Source: Camelus dromedarius
Lineage: Eukaryota
Length of the DNA: 64,000 bases
NCBI RefSeq assembly: GCF_036321535.1
Contig: NC_087447.1
Span: 33,048,001-33,112,000, forward strand
Direction: 5' to 3'
Position 1 is the stretch's first letter, and the number at the start of each line of letters is the position of its first letter. Positions 13,594 to 25,730 of this stretch are shown here, one piece after another. A program made the translations under genes and the position numbers. Below the pieces are notes generated by a model. The model was not told where the DNA came from. It saw only the letters and a program-made list of their open reading frames with translations, and did not search any database.

Positions 13594-13856
13594 GAACTAA
13601 CACGTTGGCGAATCCTGCCCTGGGATAGGAGGTATCTGAGCTGCTCTCTTCTCTTCTGTCTGCTCCCACAGTACCGGCTCTCAGTGTCCTCCAGACACCT
13701 CAGCAGACACAGTACAATGTATCGGTGGATTAACCCAGCTACTGTCACAGAATCTACACAAGTATAGTAACTTGCCACTACGGTCACCAGAAACGGTTAA
13801 ATCCTCTGCCAGAGCAGACACGTAGGCAGTTAAATTAAAATACCAAAAACATATTG

Positions 13857-14037
13857 GGATAAACAACCAAGTTCTACTGCAGAGCACAGGGAACTGTATT
13901 CGGTATCTTATAATAACCTATATCGAAAAAGAATATGAAAAGCAATATATACATATAAATATAACTGAATCACTACACTGTACACCAGAAACTAACACAA
14001 CATTGTAAATCAATTATACTTCAATAAAGAAAAAAAA
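13857..14037 (+). mobile_element. Older L1 3' end
   Basis: Motifs 'agcacagggaactgtattc' and 'ataactgaatcact...tacaccagaaactaacacaacattgtaaatcaattatacttcaataaa'. Confidence 0.88.
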
Positions 14038-14262
14038 GGTATTGGTAGGCATGACTGCTTATATTCCATTCATATTATTGAATTCTATGAGGATATGATT
14101 TAAAAATAGAAAGAGAGAAATAAAAGTTAGAGATTGGTGGGAGCAGAAAGACAGGGAGACATCTGTCACACAAATCCTTTAAGAATATAGCGACCATTAA
14201 CATTCCCTGGATAGAGATGTAACACCAGCAGACTATATTATGTGTTATATACTTGGCCCAAC

Positions 14263-14461
14263 CAAGGATCAGCAGACTAAGCCTGCCGCCTGTCTTTGTA
14301 AGGCCCATGTGACTTAAAATGCATTTTCATTTTTAAATGTAAAATATAAAAATGACTGATTGGCTGTTTGGTAGGAGCAATTATTCCATTTTGCTTATTG
14401 GCTCACAAAGCCTAAAATACTTACTATCTGTCTCTCTACAGGAAAAGTTTGCCAAACACGA
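14263..14461 (+). mobile_element. MER58-family hAT-Charlie element
   Basis: Terminal region 'cacaaagcctaaaatacttactatctg...aaaagtttgcc'. Confidence 0.7.
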
Positions 14462-16361
14462 GCCCACACTATTTATCACCGTGACACCTGGCTGGTCCCT
14501 CTCCTCTGTAGCAGTCACTGTACACGTGCTCCCTTTAATGTCCCTCTAGACAAGTTCCTTGAGGGTAGGGACAGGGATAAGGTCTGTGATTGTTACGCAG
14601 CTGTGTCCCCAGCACCAAACACAGCACCTAATACATGGAAGTCATTCCATAAGACCTTGATTAAAAACTTAATACATGAATGAACTCTGACACACATGCA
14701 GAAATGTCTCTGGCCCATAGTGACTCTATGTCCCATGAGCAAAGGAGAAACCAAAGAGGAGAAGGAACCTGCCTAAAATCACACAACTCCACAGGAGAGA
14801 AAGAAGGGGTTTCAATTCAGGGATCCATATTTCTATTCCAGTGTATTTTCACTGCAAATTTCCTTTAAGCAAAGGAAGAGCGAGCCAATTTTGTCTGATC
14901 TGGGTTACACATGCGTCTATGAAGAACAGATAAGCCAAGCAGAGCCCTTACTCGCTGGGACAGGGAAGGTCATGCCAGCGCTGCCAGCTATCCATTTTCT
15001 GCCCCCCGCACCTACTTCTCCCACTCAGTGCTTCACTGTTTGGTGACACTGTACAAAGGTCAGGAACTGAACTCTATGGTTACTCAGCACACCGGTAAGT
15101 AGAAAGCGATGGAAATAGGGGAAGCATCTAGTGATGCGAAACACAAGCATACGTACTTACACACAGAAGCAAGCTGAGAAACACAGTTCACACTGCTCTG
15201 CTTATTTTACTATAAAGAAAGCAAAGGCCAGACCATACCCCATACTCCTTCACCCTCGCCCAATCACACCACAGAAACTGCATCTCCATCTTCTTATCTT
15301 TCTGATTTTCGTCACTATAATCACAACAAGGATGGTTATGACCACAGTGGTGATGTGCCAGGAACTGGTTTACCCCTATTACCTAACTTGACCTTAAATA
15401 TAACCCAGAAAGAATGGAGATAAAGTTCAAGGAGGTAGTGATAGAGCCAGAATGCAAATCTAGGCCTTTCTGACTGCAGGTCTGGTCACTGTAACCACTG
15501 CCTCCAAGTAGCACATTCCACCTGCTGCTTTGATCCTTGGTGCCTGCCCTAGTCTTTATGTCCTCAGTTCCACTCATTTCCATTTTTATTGATTTTACGC
15601 ATATTTTATCTTTTGGCAAGAAGCACACAGTAGGATTTATCTTAATCTCATTTTACCCAAGAATGACCTTAAATTCATGACTCAGGATTGACATGCATGA
15701 ACTCTAAAATAATTGATAACAATGTTTAACCAGTTTCCAGTGATTCAATTAACTTATTTATGCAACATCCTTTTCTAGAAATGATTTGAAGAAAATTACA
15801 ACAAAAGACATACAAGACCATCCTATAACAGTACCAAAACTAATCTCAGTTGAATGATAATTAATAGAAAATATGAAGCTCCAAAAACCCATGAAAGAAA
15901 CTCTGGGTAAATGCCTGGTCTCTAGTTGGAAGAAATTACAAAGGAAACACCAATAGATTAAGTTATGTAAAAATTAAAAGACAAAGATAAGACAGCACAA
16001 AATAACTTAAAGGTAAATGACATCAAAGGAAACCATCAACTAGTGTAACAGACAAAGTGAAATATGGGGATTTTTGAGGTGCTTGCTCAAACAGATAAGA
16101 AAAACACTAAGTTTAAACAGTGGGTGGGACTTCCACTTCTTGCAATGACTTTAGATGATATTAATATTCCTTCTTCCATAAACAACTACACTTGTATAAA
16201 ATACATGAAACAACTGTTTTCAGGAATTAAACAATGAGAAGCCCAGGAGATTATGCCTCATAAAAGGAAAACAATAAGGTAATCTCTAAGACTGCCCGGA
16301 GGCACTTTCTAGGCAATGGTACAGGATGAGAAAAGTCAGAGCACAGTACCCTTGCTGAGGC

Positions 16362-17090
16362 ACTTCAGGAATGTATCCCAAAGAAATAAATACGTTAATT
16401 TGGAAAGATACCTGCGCCCCCACGTTCATAGCAGCATTATTTATGAGAGCCAAGACGTGGAAACAACCTAAGTACCCATCGGTGGATAAATGAATAAAGA
16501 AGTTGTGGTGTGCATACACACGCACACATACCGACACACACACATGTACATACATACACATATACACCCACAGCCATAAAAAATCTTACCATTTGCAGTA
16601 ACATGTATGGACCTTAAAGTCATTATGGCAAGTGCAATAAATCAGACAATGAAATACAAATACTGTATGATCTCATGTCTATGAAGAAACAAACAAACAA
16701 ACAAAAAAACTCTTAGAAAAAGACATCTGATTGTGGTTACCAGAGAAGGCGGGAGGGGGAATTGGAGGAAGATGGTCAAAAAGTACAAACTTTCAGTTAT
16801 AAGATAAACAAATACTAGGTGTGTGATGTACAGCAGGACGCCTCTAGTTAACATGTCTGTATGATACATACAGAAACTGTGAAGAGAGTAGATCCTAAGA
16901 GGACAAATGACAAGGATAAATTCTTTCTTCTTTTCTTTTTATTGTATCCATATGAGATGATGGATGTTAACTAAATCTACTGCGGTCATCATTTCACAAT
17001 ATATGTAAATCAAACCATCCTGCTGTACACCTTAAACTTATACAGTGATGTCTGGTCAATTACTTCTCAATAAAACTGGAAAAAATTTTA
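16362..17090 (+). mobile_element. L1MA-like L1 3' portion nested in older L1 sequence
   Basis: ORF2-end homology (cccacgttcatagcagcatt, ggaaacaacctaag) and an L1MA9/10-type 3'UTR ending 'tctcaataaaactggaaaaaa'. Confidence 0.85.
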
Positions 17091-17099
17091 AAATTAGAT

Positions 17100-19200
17100 G
17101 AGGAAAAAAACTTTCAGCAATCAGAAAAAACTAGGACATGCCCAGATAAACAAAACACGGAAATTTTGTGCTAGCCAGCTCGTTTACAAGAACTATTAAA
17201 GGAAGTTCTTCAGTTTAAAACAAGTGACTCCAAATGGAATTCTTGTGCACGTTTTTTTTTAAATAAAACACCAGTAAAGGTACTTATGCAACTGTAACAC
17301 ATCTTTTTTTCTTTTTTTTTTTTTTTGACTCATTTAAAGTGCAATTGTATGAAACAATGTGCACGCAACTGTAATGCTGGGTCTATAACATATGCAACTC
17401 TAATATATTTGACAATAACCCCACGAGGAAGGCAAGTGGAAGCAAAGCTATGTTGGCAAAAGGAATCTGCATTAGATGGTAATCCACATCCACAGAAATA
17501 AAGGAAGAGAACCAAAGATAGCAAATGAAAAGGCTACTGCAACAAAATTCATTGGCCATGTCATTATTCTGCCTCCTTCTCTTAGCTACTTTAAAAGATA
17601 TAAAATTATACAAGGAATTTCAATAATGCACTGCTGGGTTTTTAACATACATATGTAATATATATAATAATAATAGCACAAAAAGGAAGAGAAAATAGAG
17701 CTATGTAGAAGTGACATTTTTACGTATCACTGGGATTTCTGACATACATTTATAAAAGTTAAAATGCATATGGTAAGCTTTAGCTCAACAACTAATTAAA
17801 TAACTGAAAACATCTGGTGGAAAAGTCATTAATTAAAATGCTACAAAAACTCACTTAATTTAAAAAAAGCACTAACAAGAAATAGTTTATAAAAGGGACA
17901 TAAGACACACAGAAAACAAAAAATAAAATGGCAGACATAAATCCAACCATAAAAATAACATTAAATGTGAATAGATTAAATATCCAGTCATAAGACGAAG
18001 ATTTTCAGTCTGGAGTTATTTAAAAAAAAAAACAAACTTTTTTTTTAAAGTGAAGAAAAACAAATCAGGTGACAAAGGAATTACATCTCTTAAGTACTAA
18101 GGAGAAAAAGTCTACAATTCTATATCCAGTGAAAACATCCTTCAAAAATGTAGGCAAAATATTTTTCAGGCCAACAAAACCTGAGAGACTTCACCAACAA
18201 ATCTGTCCTCTATTAAAGGAAGTTCTTCATGTGGAAGGAAAATAATACCAGATGGAAAATTGATTCTAAAAAAAAAGAAATAAAGATTGCCAGGGATGGT
18301 AAATATGTGGGCAAACACAGAAGATATTTTTATTCATTTTAAATTGTTTAATGTAATTGACAATTTAAAACAGAAACAGTAATTCAGGGTTTATAACATG
18401 CATAGATGTAAAATATGTAACAATAAGAACACAGATGTTGGAAATGGACAATTAAAATATACTCTTTGGAAGATTTTAATTTAAACATGAACTAGAATGA
18501 CAGTATTTGAAGTTTGTCTGTGATAAGTTAAAGATGCATATTGCAAACCGTGGTGTAATCAGTAACAACAAAACTGAACCGAAAAGATACAGCTAATAAG
18601 CTAATGGTAGAGATAAAATGAAATCACAGGCATTTCTATTCATTTAAAAAGAAGGCAAAAAATGAGCAAAAGAGGAGCAAAGAACAGGTGAAAGAAATGG
18701 AAAACAAATAGCAAGATGGTAGATTTAAACCCCAAAAGAGATTTAGTGCTCACTCCAACTTTACGTGAAACAGCCAAAAAAATTGGAAATGGCCCAAATG
18801 TCCATTAATAGGAGACTAAATAAACACATACTGGTATATATCCATGCAGTTAAGTACTACTCAGCAATAAAGTGAGATAAACTACCGATGCACTGAATCA
18901 TGTAGACGCACCTCAAAAATATCCTGCACTAAAGAAGCTTGTTACGGAAGTTACGTACTGTGTAGATCTAATGATAAGAAGTTGTAGGATGGAAAAGCTG
19001 TGGTGAAAGGAATCACAACAGTGGCTGCCTCTGGATGGAGTCAGTGGCTGAAAATAGGCACAAGGGAACTTTCTGGGATGATAGTGATGAGATTAAACAA
19101 GTAAAGGCATTTTCCGTAGGCTGTTGAAGAGTACACTTATGACCTGTATATTTAATTATAGGCAAATAATATCTTAATTTAAAAATGTTTTGAAAATAGG
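17100..19200 (+). mobile_element. Degraded old L1 (L1M/L1ME/HAL1-like) fragments
   Basis: A-rich sense strand with L1 ORF1-end ('ttaaaggaagttcttca') and ORF2-end/3'UTR motifs. Confidence 0.7.
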
Positions 19201-22200
19201 TTTTAAAAAAAAAAAACATGAGAAAACATACAAACAACCAATATACAAATGGGGAAAAAATTCAACCTTATTAGTAACCAAAAGGTCTACTTTGAAACAA
19301 TGGAATATTAATTTTTTACCCCCAAATTGGAAACAAATTTAGGGATAATACTCAAAACCCTGGGAAAGGTGGCACAACAAGCATCCTCATGTGATACTGG
19401 TGAGAAACTAAATTGTTTTAGCCTCCATGAAAAGCCTCGGTCTAACTATTCTGCTTCCCAGTATCTATTCAAAGGAAATAAATCAGGGATGTAGACAGAG
19501 ATTAATGTAAAAAAGTATCTTCTGACAATGGAAACAACCTAAATGCTTGATTCTAAGAACAAGACATTGATTCACTATGACAAAATGTGATATACGGAAA
19601 GGAAAAAGTACCCAACACTGGCAAGGAATTAACAATTATATTTTCTCTGAATGATGAAATGAATAGTTGTGGTTTGTACTTTTTTATACTTCTCTAGTTT
19701 TCTGGAAACCCATCAAAGATTTTTATTTCTCCGAGAAGGAAAAGAAACTCCTATTTAAAAAGACACGCAGAAACACGAATAAAGAGAAAGTCAGAGTCAA
19801 CTTATAAAAACAGAATGCAAATATGCTTTAAAAAAAGGAGAAGAACATATGATTTGGAAATTCTTAGCAGACAAGGAAGAAAAGGGAAATATGATGCAAT
19901 TACTGTCTTAAACTGAAAGGGGAAAGAACATGCATTTTTCTGTGAAGATTTAAGTTTCCTAAGACCTACCCCGATAACATCATCTTCCCTCTTTTTTCTC
20001 AGTCTCTCCCATTTTCTTTTCCCTCTCACTTGCCTACTAATATTGCCCTTTTTGCTATTCATGGAATTTAGACAGAATAACCACTGTACTTTGAATGACC
20101 TCTCCTCTCTGGCCCCTTGGCAAGGGGATGCCAGTTGGCAGATTGCTTGGATTTCTCAAAACATCCAGTTAACCAAATGTCTCCACTGAACTATATATAA
20201 GTTGCTTGAGAGCAGATCCTGTATTTGCTTAATCTCCTGTCATAAGGCCTTCACACCACACTGTCTGGAACCTACTGGCCCTTATACACATCAATTTTGA
20301 CTGAGAAACTCTAATGTGTTTCAAGGAAGTTGCCACTAGGATTTCTCTGGGAAGCATATGCTTCGAGCAGCACCACGGTAGCTGAAGAATATATAGGAAA
20401 AACAGTGGAAGAAAAGGCAAGAACCCACGTAGGAAATCAGTAACACTACCTTAAAGAATCAAGACTGAATCATTCATTTTTGAAACACTTATGATAATTT
20501 TCCTTGCAGGGCCCAAAGGGATACAGAAATGAGATAAAACTGAGTCAAATGGTCTCTTGTCTGAATCCCAACTCCGCCATTTACTAGCTAAGTGAATTGA
20601 ACAAATCTCTTAAGCTTTTAAGCCTGGGATCCCCATCTGCAAAATGGGGTACTGGGGACTGTCTCACAGGGCTGTTGTCAGGATTAAATAAAATAATGCG
20701 GGCAGTTTCCACCCCATGAGCAGCCACATAGGTGGGTAATAACTAATTTCCTAAATATGTTGATCTTTCCTCTTAGGAAGTTAGGAAACTTCCTTTAGAA
20801 AATCTAGCAGTACATGTGAACATTTTCCACAAGAAATCATGATCCAAGGCAGAAAGCAGTAACAAGAGAACGTTCTTTGATAGGAGAAAGGAGAGATCAT
20901 TCTTAGTATGGAGTTAGGAGGTGGACAGTAAACATCGGTACAATTCCATATACTTTTACGGAGCCCTGAATCTCTCAGGCAACGTTCTGGTTCCAGGATA
21001 TAGTGGGGAACAGATACAGTCCCTCCCGTCGGTGGAACCTATATGCTACTAGAAGGTGTCGGATAATAGACATGCAAGAAAATTTTGAGGGATAAAAAAG
21101 TATCATAAAATAAAAAAGTGTAATACGGCAGAGAGACTGACAGTCCAGTGAGGTGGTCAGAAAAGGCTGCTTTGAGGTGACAGTTTAGCTGAGCCCTAGA
21201 CGGGAAGGACCGTCACCTTGGAGTCCTGTCAGAGGTGAAACGAGAGGCACGACTGATGTTAAATTCCCCTGGCTGGGGCAGAAGATCCAACAGAGCTCCA
21301 TGGCTCCCTCAATTTACAGCTGTTTCTTAGGTCACTAAACACTGGGGTAAAATTAAAGCCGCGCCCATGATGAACAGGAACAGGAGAGAAGACCAGAAAT
21401 CACGCATTCCAGTAGGTTTGGCTAAATGACCACTCTTGTCTCTCCTGGTCTTGTTATTAGCTTCACAAGCAACAAAATAGAGGCCCCGTGAGAAAGAATG
21501 GCAGGGAAGGGACAGCCAATGAGTTGTCGGCACCCCATTCCACCTCGCCCTGTGCTGTGGTCTCTGTCTGGGATCCCCTCCCCCAACTCAGTCTTTAGGT
21601 CTCCCAGCCTCAGTTTACAAATCTGTTCAATCACCACAACAATTTCTCCAACAACGAAAGACAGACCAGCCTGGTAGTAACAAAGCCGCTTTGTAAGCTG
21701 TGAGTGCTTTACGGCACTGTTGTGTCCTGACAAAACAGGGGTGATTATTTTTTCTCTCCAGTTAAGTTCCAAGCATTAGAGAATTTTAAAGAGCTCTTTG
21801 ATGACTGAGTGAAGCAGTTTTATCCCAGGCTGAATGGGCTGATCACTTTTTCATACAACAATGGCTTGTGCTTTTATCCTGAGGGGGCACTTGCAATTCA
21901 CTTAAGGAGAGCAGAGGGTCTAAAGCATCATGGCCAGGAAATTGGGAGAGATTGCCTGCCTTGTCAAAGAGGGAGGGGCGACCATCCCAGAGGGCAATGG
22001 GGCATTTGCTCAGCAGTTGGAGGAATAAACACACGTATTTTTTAATCTTCCTAAGCAAGCAGGAGGCAGACATGGCTTGACCTTGAGAAACTCCCTGTGG
22101 CAGACTGATTTCATATCAGGCACGGCGAGTGGGTTATGATATCAATGTGAAATCAATTTACTGGATTATAGTCAACACTGCAACAAAAATGGAACAGAAC

Positions 22201-22328
22201 AGAACATTAGTTTATTTAAGAGTATATCACATAAAAAAGAGTGTATCACACAGGTAAGGGTACTTTTATGAAATTTTTTCTGTTATGTATGTATACCTGT
22301 GTACTGAGTCACAATGTAAAATGTATTT

Positions 22329-22483
22329 GTTTATATACAAGATCTAGTGGTAGCTCACAGTGAAAAAAATGTGGCAATGTTTATGTATGTTCATGTATAA
22401 CTGAAAAACTGTGCTCGACACTGGAATTTGACACAACATTGTAGAATGACTATAACTCAATAAAAAAAGTTTAAAAAAATAAA
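22329..22483 (+). mobile_element. Short young L1 3' end inserted in an old hAT-like DNA transposon remnant (~22120-22533)
   Basis: Same 3'UTR family as 13373-13593; 12-bp TSD taaaatgtattt at 22317-22328 and 22484-22495. Confidence 0.9.
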
Positions 22484-23472
22484 TAAAATGTATTTCTTAT
22501 TGTTGGAAACAGTGAAAAAAAATTAAACCACTGTTGTAAGGAGCATCCCATCTTGAAGGGGACAAATGTCCTCCGATCGCAGGGCATACATCTACTGCTC
22601 TCACAAACTCAGAATCAGATCGTGGGCTAGAAGGAACCAATAATACGTTATTTGACAGACAGGGAAATGCGCTAAGGAAGTAAAATCACTTTCCCAAGCT
22701 GAGGGGCTCGAGACACGAACCAGGCTCTCTTCAGCTCACAGGCTAGTGATCTTCACACTGCACCGAAGTCAGAGTCAAGGCTGAACACTATAAAGGAGTT
22801 GTCCGGATCATCAGTGTTGTCCGTGCATTTTCCTGTCTCTACAAAAGCAGGGAATTGTCTTAGCCTCTAAGAGCACAGAGTCCATCATTCCATGGGATCT
22901 TCCCCACCTCTCAGAAAGTGAGTACAGTCTGACCCCTTGGTACACATCTGATGCTCTCAATCTCTCATGCCTTCCCCAGAGACTACCGCAAGATGGTGCC
23001 CCAGGGTTTGGTGGTTAGCAACAACGTGGTATAAAGGCTAAGAGCTCAGGTGCCACAGTCACAAAGACCTGGGTTCCAACCCTGCTGGATTATAAACCCC
23101 ATCAAGGTGGAGCTGCATCCCTCTAGTGTACTGCCGCTTCCCCAGTATCTTACACCACATGCGGGACGCCGCCGGTGCCCAGTGCAGTTCTCGGAAAAAA
23201 CAAGGGAAAGAAAGGAGTCCTAGGTCTGCCCTTCACTAGTAATGGGACCTGGAACAAACGACTTCAAGAGCTTCGACTTTCTCCTCCATAAAATGGAAAC
23301 ACTCCTACAGTCATTTGTTAAGATCACATGCAAGAAGGCAGATCCAGAGCTTGGCACAGTCCCCAGCATACAGCAAACATCAATGGGCACTGTTGTGATT
23401 ACTAACTCCTTCCCAGCCTTGATTAGCTGTGTTTGACTTTTAACTCAGTACAACCCCCTCCCTTTTTGTCTG

Positions 23473-23598
23473 TTTTTTTTTTTTAGGGGGAGGTAGTTAG
23501 GTTTGTTTATTTATTATTTTTAATGGAGGTACTGGGGATGGAACCCCGGACCTCATGCATGCTAAGCATGCACTCTACCTCTGAGCTATACCCTCCCC
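23473..23598 (-). mobile_element. tRNA-derived SINE, Vic-1-like (camelid)
   Basis: Minus strand reads ggggagggtatagctcagaggtagagtgcatgcttagcatgcatgaggtccggggttccatccccagtacctcc..., with Pol III A/B boxes followed by an A tail. Confidence 0.9.
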
Positions 23599-25569
23599 TA
23601 ACCCTCTTTTTAAAAAGATAACATATACATAAGAGATAAAAAGCTCACTGGCCTCCCTCTTGCCCCCCAGCAATGGATCCTGAATCACCTCTGAGGCATC
23701 CCAGAACTGATGAGAATTTTACATGAAAATCACTCCCCTGGGCCATGACCTTCCCTGCTTCCTGGCAGGATTACTGCTGAAGCTGATAGAATTGCTGTGG
23801 CCAAGGAGGAAATGAAGCCCCACCATGAGCACCTTTCAGAGCCACGTAATTAAAACTCTCCCGGGAGACAGCCTCCCATCCCTCGCGAGCAGCACTGATG
23901 ATGCATTCTCAGAGCCAGGGAATTTGAGTCAACAGAAAACACCACATACTGTAAATGACGACAACGAATGAAGGAAGAGCTCTAAAACAAATCCTAGAAC
24001 CTGAGAAGCTAATGCCAGAGTCATGAGCCACTCAACTAAATTTCTGGAATTTATTGATCGCACCCCCCATCTAACAGCTTCCTCTAGGCACACATTTGCA
24101 TATGGAAATGGGCAATGCTTTTTATTCATTCTCGTTTCTCTCTTAATGTTAAATTAACTGGGCCAATAAACCACAGGAAGTATTACTTGAAATCTGACTT
24201 CAATCACTATTAACATAAAATATTTAAGTGTGCAGGGAAAGCATATTTCAGGGGGCTTGTCCCCGAGAACAGCATGGAAAGGCAAGTCAGAACTCTCCAT
24301 CAGGGAATAGAAGGTGTTCAGTGCTGCTCTCTAGCTTGCAATGGGACAACATGGAAGCAAGATGGGAGCTTCTTGCTCTGCTGGGAAGAGTCAGAGACAT
24401 TTAGAGAGCCAGGAAGAGGCCCCGCCCTGCTGGGATAAACTGCAGATTGAGCCACGTCAGATGGGCATCAGACCATCTACTTCTCAGGGACATGGTGAGG
24501 AGAAGAGAATGTGAGGAAGTACACCGAGTTCCTGGTCAGCACCGCGTCATAGTCACACCAAGTATTTTCAGTGTTTATTCTGATCCTTCAACACCATTTC
24601 AGTGAAGCTGTTAGTGCCTCTCAGACTATCAGGGTGAGATACGGGCATAGTGCTAGGTTCTCAGTGTTTCAATGAAGGATGCGGGCTTCCAACTCTTCCC
24701 TGCTCTCGGAAGCAGTCTGCTGAGCAGCTCAGCATTTGATTTCCAGAGGATAAATAAAAATAATTATTATAATTATTATAAATAAGGCTGATGACAGAGA
24801 CTCATGTTCAAACAGATTTGCTTTAAACAGGACCCTGAGCCCATGTTGTGAGGAAAAAATACGACTGTTATCAGTAGGGAGGAAGGAGAGAGGGCACCAC
24901 CCTGCATCCTGAGGCATGGCGGTGGGGCTCTGGCGTGAGCAGAGGCGTCTGCACTGATGCAGGAGACAGGAAGCGCAGTGGCCCCAGGTCAGCATCTTCT
25001 GAGGGGCTTTGGAGGCGCGTCCCTGCCCCTGGAGCACATCCCTCCCAGAGGACTTCCCAGTCCTGGAGTCTGTTCTTCCTGTTTCTTGATGAATTTCATA
25101 AACTCGCTCAAATGAGAACTAGTCTAAAGGGCCTTGGAGACCAGGACTGGACCTCAGGTATCTGAAGGTCTTTAGCATCGTGTTCAGCATATGCCAATCA
25201 GCCAACAAGTATTTATTAAATGGCTAGTACATGCCAGGCATGTGCTAGCTGCTGGGTGTACACAGAAGGGAAAAATAAAAAGACACAATCGCAGCTCTCG
25301 TGGGGTTTGCGTCTGAGGCTGTGTACTAGGTTGACTACTTTAACGGTTATCTGTGCTTTGACGAGCCAAACTTTCCAAATTACTATGTCCATTATGTTTA
25401 GTAAACACGGCTGAGATCTCACTCTTAATAGAGACGAATCAAATTTGAATGAGACTCTACTTTAAAGAAGTTTCTAATTTAATCTCAGCAACATGCCTAC
25501 ACATCATGTTAGGAAACACAAGAAACACAATAATCTAAACTCACTACAAGTATTATCTCATGCAATCCA

Positions 25570-25730
25570 AAAGACAGCCTTATAAACTAACCCCACTTTA
25601 CGGATGAGTAAACTGAGGCACAAAGAAGTTAGCCATTTATCATGGTTAGTCATACTGCTCGTAAGAGCTAGAGCCAGGATGTGAACCCAGTTTGAGTCTA
25701 GGACAGGTTCTCTTAACTATTATATTGCAC
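25570..25730 (-). mobile_element. MIR SINE
   Basis: 'ccccactttacggatgagtaaactgaggcacaaagaagttag' matches the antisense MIR core. Confidence 0.8.

Noticed and set aside
20368..20383. REST/RE1-like motif cagcaccacgg (also partial matches near 24536 and 30754)
   Set aside because: Only the left half-site matches; the GGACAG half is absent or mis-spaced.
20775..20794. Inverted repeat aggaagtt/aacttcct (also cagggtgtt/aacaccctg near 34376-34426)
   Set aside because: Stems of 8-9 bp are expected by chance in 64 kb.
23530..23598. tRNA gene
   Set aside because: The tRNA-like head continues into a SINE body and A tail, so it is a SINE.
24880..25060. GC-rich patch as a CpG island or promoter (also ~23140-23200 and ~30750-30850)
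   Set aside because: Too short and too CpG-sparse, with no supporting promoter or exon structure.
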